Source: Candidatus Rokuibacteriota bacterium
GTDB taxonomy: Bacteria; Methylomirabilota; Methylomirabilia; Rokubacteriales; CSP1-6
Direction: 5' to 3'
DNA: 64,000 nt
Assembly: GCA_003220225.1 (NCBI GenBank)
Contig: QHRU01000064.1
Location: forward strand, 5,966 to 69,965
How positions within the stretch are numbered: position 1 is the stretch's first letter; every line of letters starts with the position of its first letter. The notes beneath the pieces were generated by a model. It was not told the DNA's origin. It did not search any database and worked only from the letters and a program-made list of their open reading frames with translations. The translations under genes and the position numbers were made by a program. Positions 10,534-20,288 of this stretch are shown one piece after another.

Positions 10534-11112
10534 ATGCGTCGGCGCGGCGTCCTCGCCGGCCTCCTGCTCGTCCTCGCCGCCGCCGCCGCGCCGGCCGCCG
10601 AGCGGATCGCCGACCCGACGCGCGAGTTCGTCGGCGGCTACGATCCCTCGCAGAACGACTTCTTCGCCAACACGCCGGAGCGCACGGTGCTCCTGCGCAT
10701 CCGCGACGACCTCGACGGCGACGGCGTCGCCGACCTCGCCCTTTCCGAGAGCTCGACGTGGGGCCAGGCCGGCGGCCAGTGGCTCCTGTTCCGCGGCGAA
10801 GCGGGCGGGGGCTACGTCTACTGGGGCTCGCTCTTCTTCAGCCCGGGCTCGGTCGCCATCGGACCGCATCCGGGCGCCCTGACGGCCTACGTCCGCGTCG
10901 CCGCCACGCGGGGGCGTCTCCAGACCTACCGCCTCGCGGCGACCGCGATCGGGCTGGAGGGTGATCGGCCGCTGGACCTCGAGCGCCCCGCCGATCGCGC
11001 GGCGCACGACGCCGCCCTCGGCGCAGGGCGGCGGCCCGCCGTCGAGCACTGCAAGCTCCTCGCGTACCGGCGCGATCCGGCGGGATGCTGGCTCCCCGGG
11101 CTCGGTCGCTAG
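10534..11112 (+). CDS. Hypothetical secreted protein with one FG-GAP/VCBS-like DxDGDGxxD motif
   Basis: ATG 10534 gives MRRRGVLAGLLLVLAAAAAPAAE, a signal peptide. Contains DDLDGDGVADLAL. High third-position GC. No family recognised. Confidence 0.6.
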   Translation: MRRRGVLAGLLLVLAAAAAPAAERIADPTREFVGGYDPSQNDFFANTPERTVLLRIRDDLDGDGVADLALSESSTWGQAGGQWLLFRGEAGGGYVYWGSLFFSPGSVAIGPHPGALTAYVRVAATRGRLQTYRLAATAIGLEGDRPLDLERPADRAAHDAALGAGRRPAVEHCKLLAYRRDPAGCWLPGLGR

Positions 11113-11124
11113 CCCGCGCTATAC

Positions 11125-11835
11125 TTGCCGACCATGACGACCGACGAGTGGTACGGGGGCGTGACGGCGGCCCTGCTCGCCGAGAGCCCCTTCCGGCGCT
11201 CCGACTACTTCAAACGCTTTGCCTCGGGAACGCTGACCCGTGAGCAGGTCTGGGGCCACATCGCCCAGCACTATCTGCTGATCGCGTGGTTCCCGCGGAT
11301 CTTCAGCGGTATCCACACGCGCTGCGAGGATCTCGAGGTCCGCAAGGACTGCGCGCGCCACCTGCTCGTCGAGGACCTCGGGTACTTCGAGGGCACGGTG
11401 GGCGGCACGCCCGATCACGACGAGCTCTTTCGCCGCATCGGCGACGACCTCGGCGTCCCGCGCGACGAGTACGCGCGCATCGTGCCCGTCCCCGAGATGG
11501 CGGCGATCGTCGCCTTCTTCCGGCGGCTGGCTCACGAGGTCCCGTGGTCCGCCGCGCTGTGCGCCACCGCATTGCTGGAGGAGGAGGTGGTGGAGATCGC
11601 CCGCACCGTCGGCCGTGCCCTGGTCCAGCACTACGGCGTGCGTCCCGAGTGGGGCGCCGCGAACTACACGGTGCACGAAGCGATCGAGCAGGAAGAGTCC
11701 GGCGAGACGAAGAAGACGATCCTCGGCCACGTCAAGACCGCCGAGGATCGCCGCGCCGCCGAGGCCGCGATGCGCGAGATGCACGATCTGCTCGTCGCGT
11801 ACGCGGAGGGGCTGGCGCGGCGCTATCCCGCGTAG
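11125..11835 (+). CDS. Heme-oxygenase-like fold, iron-containing redox enzyme family protein (PqqC/TenA-like)
   Basis: 236 aa, all-helical. ...FASGTLTREQVWGHIAQHYLLIAWFPRIFSGI...HLLVEDLGY...ALLEEEVVEI... resembles PqqC/TenA-type proteins. TTG 11125 or ATG 11134 could be the start. Confidence 0.6.
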   Translation: MPTMTTDEWYGGVTAALLAESPFRRSDYFKRFASGTLTREQVWGHIAQHYLLIAWFPRIFSGIHTRCEDLEVRKDCARHLLVEDLGYFEGTVGGTPDHDELFRRIGDDLGVPRDEYARIVPVPEMAAIVAFFRRLAHEVPWSAALCATALLEEEVVEIARTVGRALVQHYGVRPEWGAANYTVHEAIEQEESGETKKTILGHVKTAEDRRAAEAAMREMHDLLVAYAEGLARRYPA

Positions 11836-11871
11836 CAGTTCGTTACCCGTAGTCCGAATGGAGGGGCGACG

Positions 11872-13374
11872 ATGCCTCACTATCTCAGCGCGCATGAGCT
11901 CGGACAGACGGCACCCGCGGAGCTCGAGTCCTTCGAGTCCCCGGTTCCGACCCAGGTCGTCTCCAACGGCGAGTACAACCCGCTGCCGCAAACGCGCGAG
12001 CAGCGGCGCGTCGAGGCGCGGATCAAGGAGCTGGCCGACGACCTCGGCCCGCGGCACGGCCTGAGCCGCCGCGCGTTCCTGGCCAGCAGCGCCGGCATGG
12101 CGGCGGCCTTCCTGGCCATGAACGACGTCTTCGGCCCGGTGTTCGACGTCTCCCGGGCCGAGGCCCAGCAGCCCGGCGTCGCCGCCCAGCGCGCCGGCGC
12201 CCTGGCCGGCCAGTTCATCGTGGACGTCCAGACGCACTTCGTCCGCGACGACTTCAAGCAGACCGGCCTGCTCGACCTCGCCAAGTACGCCAAGCAGAAC
12301 TGGAACCCCGCCCTCACCGGCGAGAACGACCTGACGCGCTTCAAGTTCGAGAACTACGTGCGCGAGGTCTTCGTGGACAGCGACACGAAGGTGGCGCTGC
12401 TCTCGGGCGCGCCGTTCGACGACCAGACCTGGGACCTGCTGACCAACGACCAGATCGCGGCGGGGCGTGCCGCCATCAACCGCATCGCCGACTCGCGGCG
12501 GATGCTGGCCCACGCCGTCTTCACGCCCAAGAAGAGCGGCTGGATGGGCGAGGTGGACCGCGCGATCGCCGAGCTGAAGCCCGACAGCTGGAAGGGCTAC
12601 ACGATCGGCGACCCGCTGTTCCCGTCGAAGGCCGGCTCCTACTGGCGGCTCGACGACGACAAGCTGATGTATCCGTTCTACGAGAAGATCGTGAAGGCCG
12701 GCATCAACACCGTGTGCATCCACAAGGGCCTGCTGCCGCTCGACTACGAGAAGTCGTGGCCCAACGTCTGGCAGTACGCGACGGTGGACGATCTCGGCAA
12801 GGCCGCCAAGGACTGGCCGAAGATCAACTTCGTGATCTACCACTCGGCGCTCCGCGCGTTCCTCGAGCCGCCGACGGCCGCGCTGGCCGAGTTCGACCAG
12901 ACAGGACGCATCAAGTGGGCCACCGACCTCGCCGAGATCCCCGGGAAGTTCGGCGTCAGCAACGTCTATGGCGAGATCGGCACCTCGTTCGCCACGTGCG
13001 CCGTCGCCAATCCGAGGATGGCGGCCGCCCTCATGGGGACGCTGGTGCGCGGCCTCGGCGCCGACCACGTGCTCTGGGGCAGCGACTCCGTCTGGTACGG
13101 GTCGCCGCAATGGCAGATCGAGGCGATGCGGCGGCTCGAGATCCCCGACGAGATGCGGCGCAAGCACAACTTCGCCGCGCTGGGGCCGGCCGACGGCGTC
13201 GTCAAGACGGCGATCTTCGGCGGCAACGCCGCGCGCCTGTATCGCATCAACCAGCGCGCGGCGCTCGGTGAGATCACGCGCGACAAGGTCGCCGCGATCA
13301 AGGCGGAGTACGTGGCGGCCGGCGGGATGCGGAGCAACCGCCGCTACGGGTACGTGCACCGAGCGACGGCGTAA
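11872..13374 (+). CDS. Amidohydrolase-family (amidohydrolase_2-like) protein with internal twin-arginine motif
   Basis: SD GGAGGGG before the ATG. SRRAFLASSAGMAAAFLAMN is a Tat motif at about aa 65. ...FIVDVQTHF...VCIHKGL...LWGSDSVWYG... are TIM-barrel metal-hydrolase motifs. Confidence 0.75.
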   Translation: MPHYLSAHELGQTAPAELESFESPVPTQVVSNGEYNPLPQTREQRRVEARIKELADDLGPRHGLSRRAFLASSAGMAAAFLAMNDVFGPVFDVSRAEAQQPGVAAQRAGALAGQFIVDVQTHFVRDDFKQTGLLDLAKYAKQNWNPALTGENDLTRFKFENYVREVFVDSDTKVALLSGAPFDDQTWDLLTNDQIAAGRAAINRIADSRRMLAHAVFTPKKSGWMGEVDRAIAELKPDSWKGYTIGDPLFPSKAGSYWRLDDDKLMYPFYEKIVKAGINTVCIHKGLLPLDYEKSWPNVWQYATVDDLGKAAKDWPKINFVIYHSALRAFLEPPTAALAEFDQTGRIKWATDLAEIPGKFGVSNVYGEIGTSFATCAVANPRMAAALMGTLVRGLGADHVLWGSDSVWYGSPQWQIEAMRRLEIPDEMRRKHNFAALGPADGVVKTAIFGGNAARLYRINQRAALGEITRDKVAAIKAEYVAAGGMRSNRRYGYVHRATA

Positions 13375-13448
13375 CGCTCAGGGAAGCGGCCGGGAGCGGG
13401 CGCGCGCGTCGGGGTCGGTGACCTCGACGTGCGCGTTCACCCTCGGAT

Positions 13449-13482
13449 CCGGCCGGGACCACGCCCGCGTGATCCCGGCCGG
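13449..13482. terminator. 10-bp inverted repeat between convergent genes (possible bidirectional terminator)
   Basis: CCGGCCGGGA-N14-TCCCGGCCGG. Lies between the amidohydrolase stop (13374) and the dienelactone hydrolase stop (13491). No U-tract. Confidence 0.3.
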
Positions 13483-13490
13483 CCGGTCGC

Positions 13491-14165
13491 CTATTTCAGG
13501 TGCCGGCGGAAGAACGCCAGCGTACGCCGCCCGGCGTCGTCGGCGGCCGTCTTGTTGTAGACGTCGGGGCGCTCGTCGTTGAAGAAGCCGTGGTCCACGC
13601 CCGGGTAGATGTGGATCTCCGACGTCTTGCCCGCCTTCTTGATCGCGGCGTCGGTCTCCTTCGCCACCTGCGGCGTCACGAACCCGTCCTTCTCGGCGAA
13701 CAGCCCGAGCACCGGGCCCGCGAGCTTGGAATAGTCCGGCTTGACGTTGGGATGGATGCCGTAGAAGTTCACCGTCGCGCCGACGTCGGGGTTGAGCGTC
13801 GCCGCGAACAGCGCGAGCTGGCCGCCCATGCAGAAGCCGACGGCGCCGAGCTTTGCCGTCGACGAGTGGCCCGCGAGAAACTTCAACGCCCCGCGCAGGT
13901 CCTTCTCCGCCTGGGCGATGTTGAGGGCCATGAAGAGCTTGCCGGCGGTGTCCGGCTCGTCCGCTGTCTTGCCGTGGTACAGGTCGGGCGCCAGGGCCGA
14001 GAAGCCCTCGGCGGCGAAGCGGTCGCACACCTTCTTGATGTGACCGACCAGCCCCCACCACTCCTGGATCACGAGCACCCCGGGGCCCTTGCCGGATTGC
14101 GGGGTCGCCAGATAGCCGGACGTCGTGCCGCCATTCGACGGAAACTGCACCATCGTTCCTGCCAT
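13491..14165 (-). CDS. Dienelactone hydrolase family protein
   Basis: ...GKGPGVLVIQEWWGLVGHIKKVCDRFAAEGFSALAPDLYHGK...GAVGFCMGG...GVDHGF is a DLH alpha/beta hydrolase pattern (nucleophile C in GFCMGG, His in DHGF). Confidence 0.85.
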   Translation of the reverse strand: MAGTMVQFPSNGGTTSGYLATPQSGKGPGVLVIQEWWGLVGHIKKVCDRFAAEGFSALAPDLYHGKTADEPDTAGKLFMALNIAQAEKDLRGALKFLAGHSSTAKLGAVGFCMGGQLALFAATLNPDVGATVNFYGIHPNVKPDYSKLAGPVLGLFAEKDGFVTPQVAKETDAAIKKAGKTSEIHIYPGVDHGFFNDERPDVYNKTAADDAGRRTLAFFRRHLK

Positions 14166-14180
14166 GCCGATCTCCTTTGG

Positions 14181-15434
14181 TTACGAGGTGAACCGAGAGG
14201 CCGGTGCCGCGGGCGGCGTGATCTTGACGGCCGTCACGTGCCGCTCGTCGGCCTCGAGCACGGTGATGGTATACCGGTCGATCTGGAAGACCTCGCCCCG
14301 GCGGGGGATGCGGTGGAGCGTCGCCAGCACGAGGCCGGCGACCGTCTCGTAGTCGCGCTTGGGGAGGTTCCAGTCGAGCGCTTCGTTGAGCTCCTCGAGG
14401 TTCGTGCGTGCCGCCACCAGGTAGCTGCCGTCGGGAAGCCGCTCCACCGAGGCCGGCGCGCGGTCGTGCTCGTCGTGGATCTCGCCGACGATCTCCTCGA
14501 GGATGTCCTCGAGCGTGACCACTCCCGTGGAGCCCCCGTACTCGTCCACGACCACGGCCATGTGATTGCGCGAGCGCTGCATCTCGCGCAAGAGGTCGTC
14601 GATCCGCTTGGTCTCGGGGACGTACACGGGCGGACGCATGAGCTGGGCGAGGGTGATCGGCTCGCCGCCGCGCGCCAGGATGTCCTTGGCGCCCACGACG
14701 CCGACGATGTTCGTCACGCGCTGCGCGTAGATCGGAATCCGCGAGAAGCCGCGCCGCTGGATGAGCGCGATGGCGTCGTCCGGCGTCGACGTGTCCGGAA
14801 GCATCGCCACCTCGACCAGCGGCACCATGATCTCGCGCACGGTGGTGTCGCCGAGGTCGAAGATCTTGTCGATCATCTCGGCTTCCTGCGTGGTGACCTC
14901 GGCCTCGCCCGGCTCCATGGCGAGGAGCGCCTTGAGCTCCTCGCGGGAGACGAAGTGGCGCGTGTCGGGGCGAGGCCCGCCGACGAGACGCAGCATCGTC
15001 GAGACGATGAAGTTGGCGGTGAAGACGAACGGCACCAGCAGCCTCGAGGCCCACGTCAGCGGCCGGTAGAGGCGCAGGATGAGGCTCGTGGCCCACTCGC
15101 GCGCCACCGCCTTGGGGATGATCTCGCCGAACACGAGCATGACCGGGGTGATCACCGCCGTGGCGACCAGCCACGCCCAGCCGCCGTACACCGGGATCAA
15201 GACGACGGTGGCGATGGACGAGGCCACGATGTGCGAGATCGTGACGCCCACCATGGCCGTGGACAGGATCCGCTCGGGCCGGCTGAACGCCTCGAGGTAG
15301 CGCGCGGCCGTCGTGCTGCCCTCTTCGGCGAGGTGGCGCAGGCGGAGGCGGTTGGCGGCGATGAACGCCATCTCGGCGGCCGAGAAGAACATCGTGGTCA
15401 GCAGGCAGAGGACGGGAATCCAGACGAGGCTCAC
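14181..15434 (-). CDS. CNNM/DUF21 - CBS pair - CorC_HlyC transporter-associated protein (TlyC/CorC family), paralogue 1
   Basis: N-terminal TM block with ...[20 protein letters not shown]..., then CBS-like ...[11 protein letters not shown]..., then C-terminal ...[17 protein letters not shown].... Confidence 0.85.
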   Translation of the reverse strand: MSLVWIPVLCLLTTMFFSAAEMAFIAANRLRLRHLAEEGSTTAARYLEAFSRPERILSTAMVGVTISHIVASSIATVVLIPVYGGWAWLVATAVITPVMLVFGEIIPKAVAREWATSLILRLYRPLTWASRLLVPFVFTANFIVSTMLRLVGGPRPDTRHFVSREELKALLAMEPGEAEVTTQEAEMIDKIFDLGDTTVREIMVPLVEVAMLPDTSTPDDAIALIQRRGFSRIPIYAQRVTNIVGVVGAKDILARGGEPITLAQLMRPPVYVPETKRIDDLLREMQRSRNHMAVVVDEYGGSTGVVTLEDILEEIVGEIHDEHDRAPASVERLPDGSYLVAARTNLEELNEALDWNLPKRDYETVAGLVLATLHRIPRRGEVFQIDRYTITVLEADERHVTAVKITPPAAPASRFTS

Positions 15435-16702
15435 GCCGCCGCCTCCGTGGACTGCGGCGTGCGCAGCGAGATCAGGACCTCGATCACGCGCGTGCGCTCG
15501 ACCTTCTCGACGGTGACCGACAGCTCCGGCGTCTCCACGCGCTCGCCCTTGCGCGGCACGCGGCCGAAGAGGTCGAGCACCCAGCCGCCGACGGTGTCGT
15601 AGGACTCGTTGGAGATAGCCAGCCCGGTGGCGGCGTTGAGCTCGTCCACGGGCAGCTTGCCGGCCACGCGGTAGGTGCGGGCGTCGATCTTCTGGATCAG
15701 CCGCTCGGGCTCGTCGTACTCGTCGGAGATCTCGCCGACCAGCTCCTCGAGCAGGTCTTCGAGCGTCACCAGCCCCGCCGTGCCGCCGTACTCGTCCACG
15801 ACGATGGCGACGTGCAGCTTCTTGGCCTGGAACTCCTGCAGCAGCGCGTCGGCACGCTTGGATTCCGGCACGAAGTACGGCGGGTGCAGACGCGCCCGGA
15901 GGTCGAAGTCGGGCGGCAGGCCGCGCACGTACGGCAGCAGGTCCTTGGTGTAGAGCACGCCGACGATCACGTCGATCGTGCCCTCGAACACCGGCACGCG
16001 GGAGTGCAGCTGCTCGCGCACCGCGGGCAGGATCTCGGCGGGCGGGGTCTCCACGTCGAGGCAGAACATGTCGGTCCGCGGCACCATCACCGAGCGGACC
16101 AGCGTGTCCTCGAGCTCGAAGACCTTGTGGATCATCTCCCGCTCCTCGCGCTCGACCACGCCCTCGCGCGCGCCCACGTCGACCAGCGTGCGCAGCTCCT
16201 CCTCGCTGAGCGCCGCCTGCGCCTCTGCCCCGCGGCCCAGGAGCCGCACGGTCAGCGTGGTGAGGCCGGCGAGCACGCCGCGGATGGGCGCCAGCAGCAG
16301 CTCGAGCCAGCGCACCGGCCGCTCTACGATGGCCAGGAAGCGCTCCGGGTATTTCACGGCCAGGGTCATCGGCAGGACCTCGCCGAAGGTGGTGAGCAGG
16401 ACGACCATCGCCACCAGCTCGACGAGGAGGCCCCAGCGCGGGCCGAACAGGAAATGTGCGACGTGCGTGGCGAGCGCGGCGGCGCCGATGTTGATGACCG
16501 TGATGCCGACGAGCAGCGTGACGAGCAGGTCGTGCGGCCGCGAGACGACCGGCGCCAGCGCGCCCTCCGGCCGTTCGGCGGCGATGCGGCGCAGGCGGGC
16601 GCGGCCGAGCGAGAAGTACGCGGCCTCGGCGCCAGACAGCAGACCCGAGCCGACGATCAGCGCCACGAGGAGCAGCAGCTGGAGGACCAGGCCGTCACCC
16701 AC
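15431..16702 (-). CDS. CNNM/DUF21 - CBS pair - CorC_HlyC protein, paralogue 2
   Basis: GTG 16702 (8-nt overlap with the thiL end) gives (M)[38 protein letters not shown]...LEDLLEELVGEISDEYD. The upstream part of ORF 15431..16984 overlaps thiL. The start is inferred. Confidence 0.8.
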   Translation of the reverse strand: MGDGLVLQLLLLVALIVGSGLLSGAEAAYFSLGRARLRRIAAERPEGALAPVVSRPHDLLVTLLVGITVINIGAAALATHVAHFLFGPRWGLLVELVAMVVLLTTFGEVLPMTLAVKYPERFLAIVERPVRWLELLLAPIRGVLAGLTTLTVRLLGRGAEAQAALSEEELRTLVDVGAREGVVEREEREMIHKVFELEDTLVRSVMVPRTDMFCLDVETPPAEILPAVREQLHSRVPVFEGTIDVIVGVLYTKDLLPYVRGLPPDFDLRARLHPPYFVPESKRADALLQEFQAKKLHVAIVVDEYGGTAGLVTLEDLLEELVGEISDEYDEPERLIQKIDARTYRVAGKLPVDELNAATGLAISNESYDTVGGWVLDLFGRVPRKGERVETPELSVTVEKVERTRVIEVLISLRTPQSTEAAA

Positions 16703-17698
16703 GGAAGTGCTCGAATCCCGGCGCCACGGCCACCGCGCGGCCGCGGCCATCGAGCCAGCGCGTACCGGATCCGTCGACGACCTCGCCGACGGCGGTGAGC
16801 GGCGTGCCGGTGGCGTCGGCCAGACCCGCGCGCAGGCGCGCGAAGGCTCCGGGCTCGCAGACGACGAGCAGCTCGTAATCCTCGCCGCCGCCGGTCGCCC
16901 AGTCGACCGGATCGGCGTCGAGGGCCTCGGCCACCGCCCGTGTGGCGGCGGCGATCGGCAGGCGCTCCACGTCCACGCGGGCACCGGCGCGGCTCTCGGC
17001 GAGGAGCCGGCCGAGGTCGGTCGCGAGACCGTCGGACAGGTCCATCATCGCCGTCACGCCGCCGGCGCCGGCGAGCCAGCGCCCCTCGGCCGCGCGCGGG
17101 CGCGGGCGCAGGTGCGCGCCGGTGACGTCGTCGAGCAGGGCGGCATCGAGGCCGGGCGGCGCGGTCTCGCGCTCGAGCACCGCAAGGCCCGCCGCCGACC
17201 TGCCGAGGGTGCCCGTGACGGCCACGACATCGCCCGGCCGGGCGGTGGAGCGCAGGACGGGGCGCGCGGCCTCACCGAGCAGCGTGACGCACACCAGCCA
17301 TCCCGAGGGCGATGCGGAGGTGTCGCCGCCCACGATGGCGACACCGTGAGCGTCGGCCACCTCGAGCGCGCCCGCGTAGAACGCCTCGATCGCCTCGGCG
17401 CCCGTGCCCTCCGGACAGCCGAGGCCCACGAGCGCCCAGCGCGGCGTGCCGCCCATCGCCGCGATGTCGGACACGTTGACCGCCATCGCCTTGGCGCCGA
17501 TGTCGGCTGGCTCCGCCCAGCGGCGGCGGAAATGCACGTCCTCGACGAGGAGATCGGTGGTGGCGAGGAGCGACGGTCCGCCGCGCGTCTCGAGCACGGC
17601 GCAGTCGTCGCCGACGCCGGTCAGGAGGCCGGGGGCGCGCCGGCGGACGAGCGCGCGGATCAGCCGGACGAGGTCGTCCTCGCCTGGTCTGTCGCCGC

Positions 17699-17702
<4 letters not shown>
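16695..17702 (-). CDS. thiL: Thiamine-monophosphate kinase
   Basis: GTGA overlap with the trpG stop. ...GVGDDCAVL...[13 protein letters not shown]...[17 protein letters not shown]...IVGGDTS...[12 protein letters not shown]...GGEDYELL is the AIR-synthase-like ThiL pattern. Confidence 0.9.
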
Positions 17703-18273
<571 letters not shown>

Positions 18274-18277
<4 letters not shown>

Positions 18278-19722
18278 GCGCGCGGTCCCGCCGCCGCCAT
18301 GCGCAGGGCCAGGATGAGGCCGCGCGCCTTGGAGCAGGTCTCCAGCCACTCGCTCTTCGGATCGGAGTCGGCGACGATGCCGGCGCCGACCTGGACGGAG
18401 GCGCGGGTGCCGTGGCAGACGATCGTCCGGATCGTGATGCAGGAGTCGAGGTTGCCGGAATACGCCACGTAGCCGACCGCGCCCGCGTAGGGGCCGCGGC
18501 GCGTCGGCTCGATCTCGTCGATGATCTGCATCGCGCGGATCTTGGGGGCGCCCGATACCGTCCCGGCCGGGAAGCACGCGCGCAGCACGTCGAAGGCGTC
18601 GGCCCCCGCGCGGAGCCGGCCGATCACGTGGCTCACCAGGTGCATGACGTACGAGTACCGCTCGGTCACCATGAACTCCGTCACCTTCACCGACCCCAGC
18701 TCCGCCACGCGCCCGACGTCGTTGCGCCCCAGGTCCACCAGCATCACGTGCTCGGCGCGCTCCTTCGGATCGTTCTTCATCTGCCGCTCGATGGCGAGGT
18801 CCTGCGCCTCGGTCGTGCCCCGCGGGTGGGTCCCCGCGATCGGGCGCTCCTCGACGCGGTCGCCCTCGACGCGCACCAGGACCTCCGGCGACGAGCCCAC
18901 GATCGTCGTCTTGCCCAGGCGCAGGAAGAAGAGGTACGGCGACGGGTTGATCGTCCGCAGCGCGCGGTAGACGGTGAACGGATCGGCCTGCAGCCGGCAA
19001 TCGAGCCGGCGCGCGAGCACGATCTGGTACGCGTCGCCGGCGGCGATGTGCTCCTTGGCCCGGCGCACGGCATCGCTGAAAGTCTCCTCGTCCATCGTGG
19101 AGGTGAAGCCGTCCTCGCCCAGCGCGAGCAGGGGGCCGGGCGGGGCGAGAGGCAGCGGCGCTGGCGCGCGCGCGGGGCGTGACAGCTTCGCCAACGTCAT
19201 GCCGATGTTCACCGCGGCGCGGTCGTACGCCGCGTCCAGGGACGCCGGGTCGCGCTTGCCAATGTGCGCGTTGGCCATGACGAGCAGCCGGTGGCGCAGG
19301 TTGTCGAAGACGAGCAGCGTGTCGCTCAGCATGAACACGGCGTCGGGCAGCCCGAGGTCGTCGCGCGCGGCCGCGGGCAGCCGCTCCATGTGACGGACCA
19401 TGTCGTACGCGAGGTAGCCGACGGCGCCGCCCTGGAAACGCGGCAGGCCCGGCACGGCGACGGGCTGGAACTCGCCAAGCAGCCCGCGCAGCGCCTCGAG
19501 CGGGTCGCCGTCCGGCAGACGCTCGGTGCGGCCGCCCCGTCGCAGGGTGATGCGGCCGTCCTTGGCGCTCAGGACCATCTGCGGGTCGCTCCCGAGGAAC
19601 GAATAGCGCGCCCACTTCTCGCCGCCCTCGACGGACTCCAGCAGGAACGCGTAGGGGCCGGGCCGCAGCCGCAGATAGGCCGAGAGCGGCGTGTCCAGAT
19701 CCGCCGGCAGCTCGGCGAACAC
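18274..19722 (-). CDS. trpE: Anthranilate synthase component I (5' end uncertain, see findings)
   Basis: ...[20 protein letters not shown]...[11 protein letters not shown]...[19 protein letters not shown]...[10 protein letters not shown]... First canonical start is GTG 19722, but conserved TrpE N-terminal residues are encoded in frame upstream of it. Confidence 0.9.
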
Positions 19723-19830
19723 GGGGACGAGGTTACCCCGTGCGGCGAGCTCGCGGAACTCGTCGCGCGTGGGGGAGAGCGTCGGGATGGCTAAGCCGGC
19801 GGCGCTGATGCGACGGCAAGCGTTGGCGCC

Positions 19831-20157
19831 CTAGGCGAGGGCGTCCAGCTTCTCCTTGATCTTCGCCTTGGGCACGGCGCCGATGAGCTGGTCCACCACC
19901 TTGCCCTGACGGACGAAGAGGACCGTGGGAATCGACCGGATCGCATAGCGGGCCGCGAGCGCATGGTTCTCGTCCACGTTGACCTTCGCCAGTGTGATGC
20001 GCCCGGCGGAATCCCGCACCAGTTCCTCGAGGAGGGGCGCGATCGCGCGGCACGGGCCGCACCATTCGGCCCAGAAGTCCACCATGATGAGCCCGTCGTG
20101 CAGGGCCAGGGTCTCGTCGAAGTTCTTCTCGGTCAGGTGGACGGCGGCGTCGGCCAT
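19831..20157 (-). CDS. trxA: Thioredoxin
   Basis: ATG 20157 with SD GGAGGAGAC. MADAAVHLTEKNFDETL...VDFWAEWCGPCRAIAP... has the WCGPC active site. 108 aa. Confidence 0.95.
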   Translation of the reverse strand: MADAAVHLTEKNFDETLALHDGLIMVDFWAEWCGPCRAIAPLLEELVRDSAGRITLAKVNVDENHALAARYAIRSIPTVLFVRQGKVVDQLIGAVPKAKIKEKLDALA

Positions 20158-20288
20158 TGCGGGGTCTCCTCCTGAAAAGTCAAATGCCACGCTAACATAC
20201 CAGGCCCCCCCACGCAACCCGGCGCCCCCATCCGGCCAGGCGATTCCGTGTCAGTTCGACACCCGAACGTGCTAAAGTTGGAAAAGAC

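Noticed and set aside
19723-19830. trp attenuator or leader peptide upstream of trpE.
   Set aside because: I saw no short ORF with tandem Trp codons and no terminator/antiterminator pair. The stretch is instead a continuous sense extension of the trpE frame.
20248-20262. The palindrome GTGTCAGTTCGACAC in the trxA/regulator divergent region as an operator.
   Set aside because: It is a 5-bp-arm palindrome that occurs once with no supporting context. The chance expectation is not negligible.
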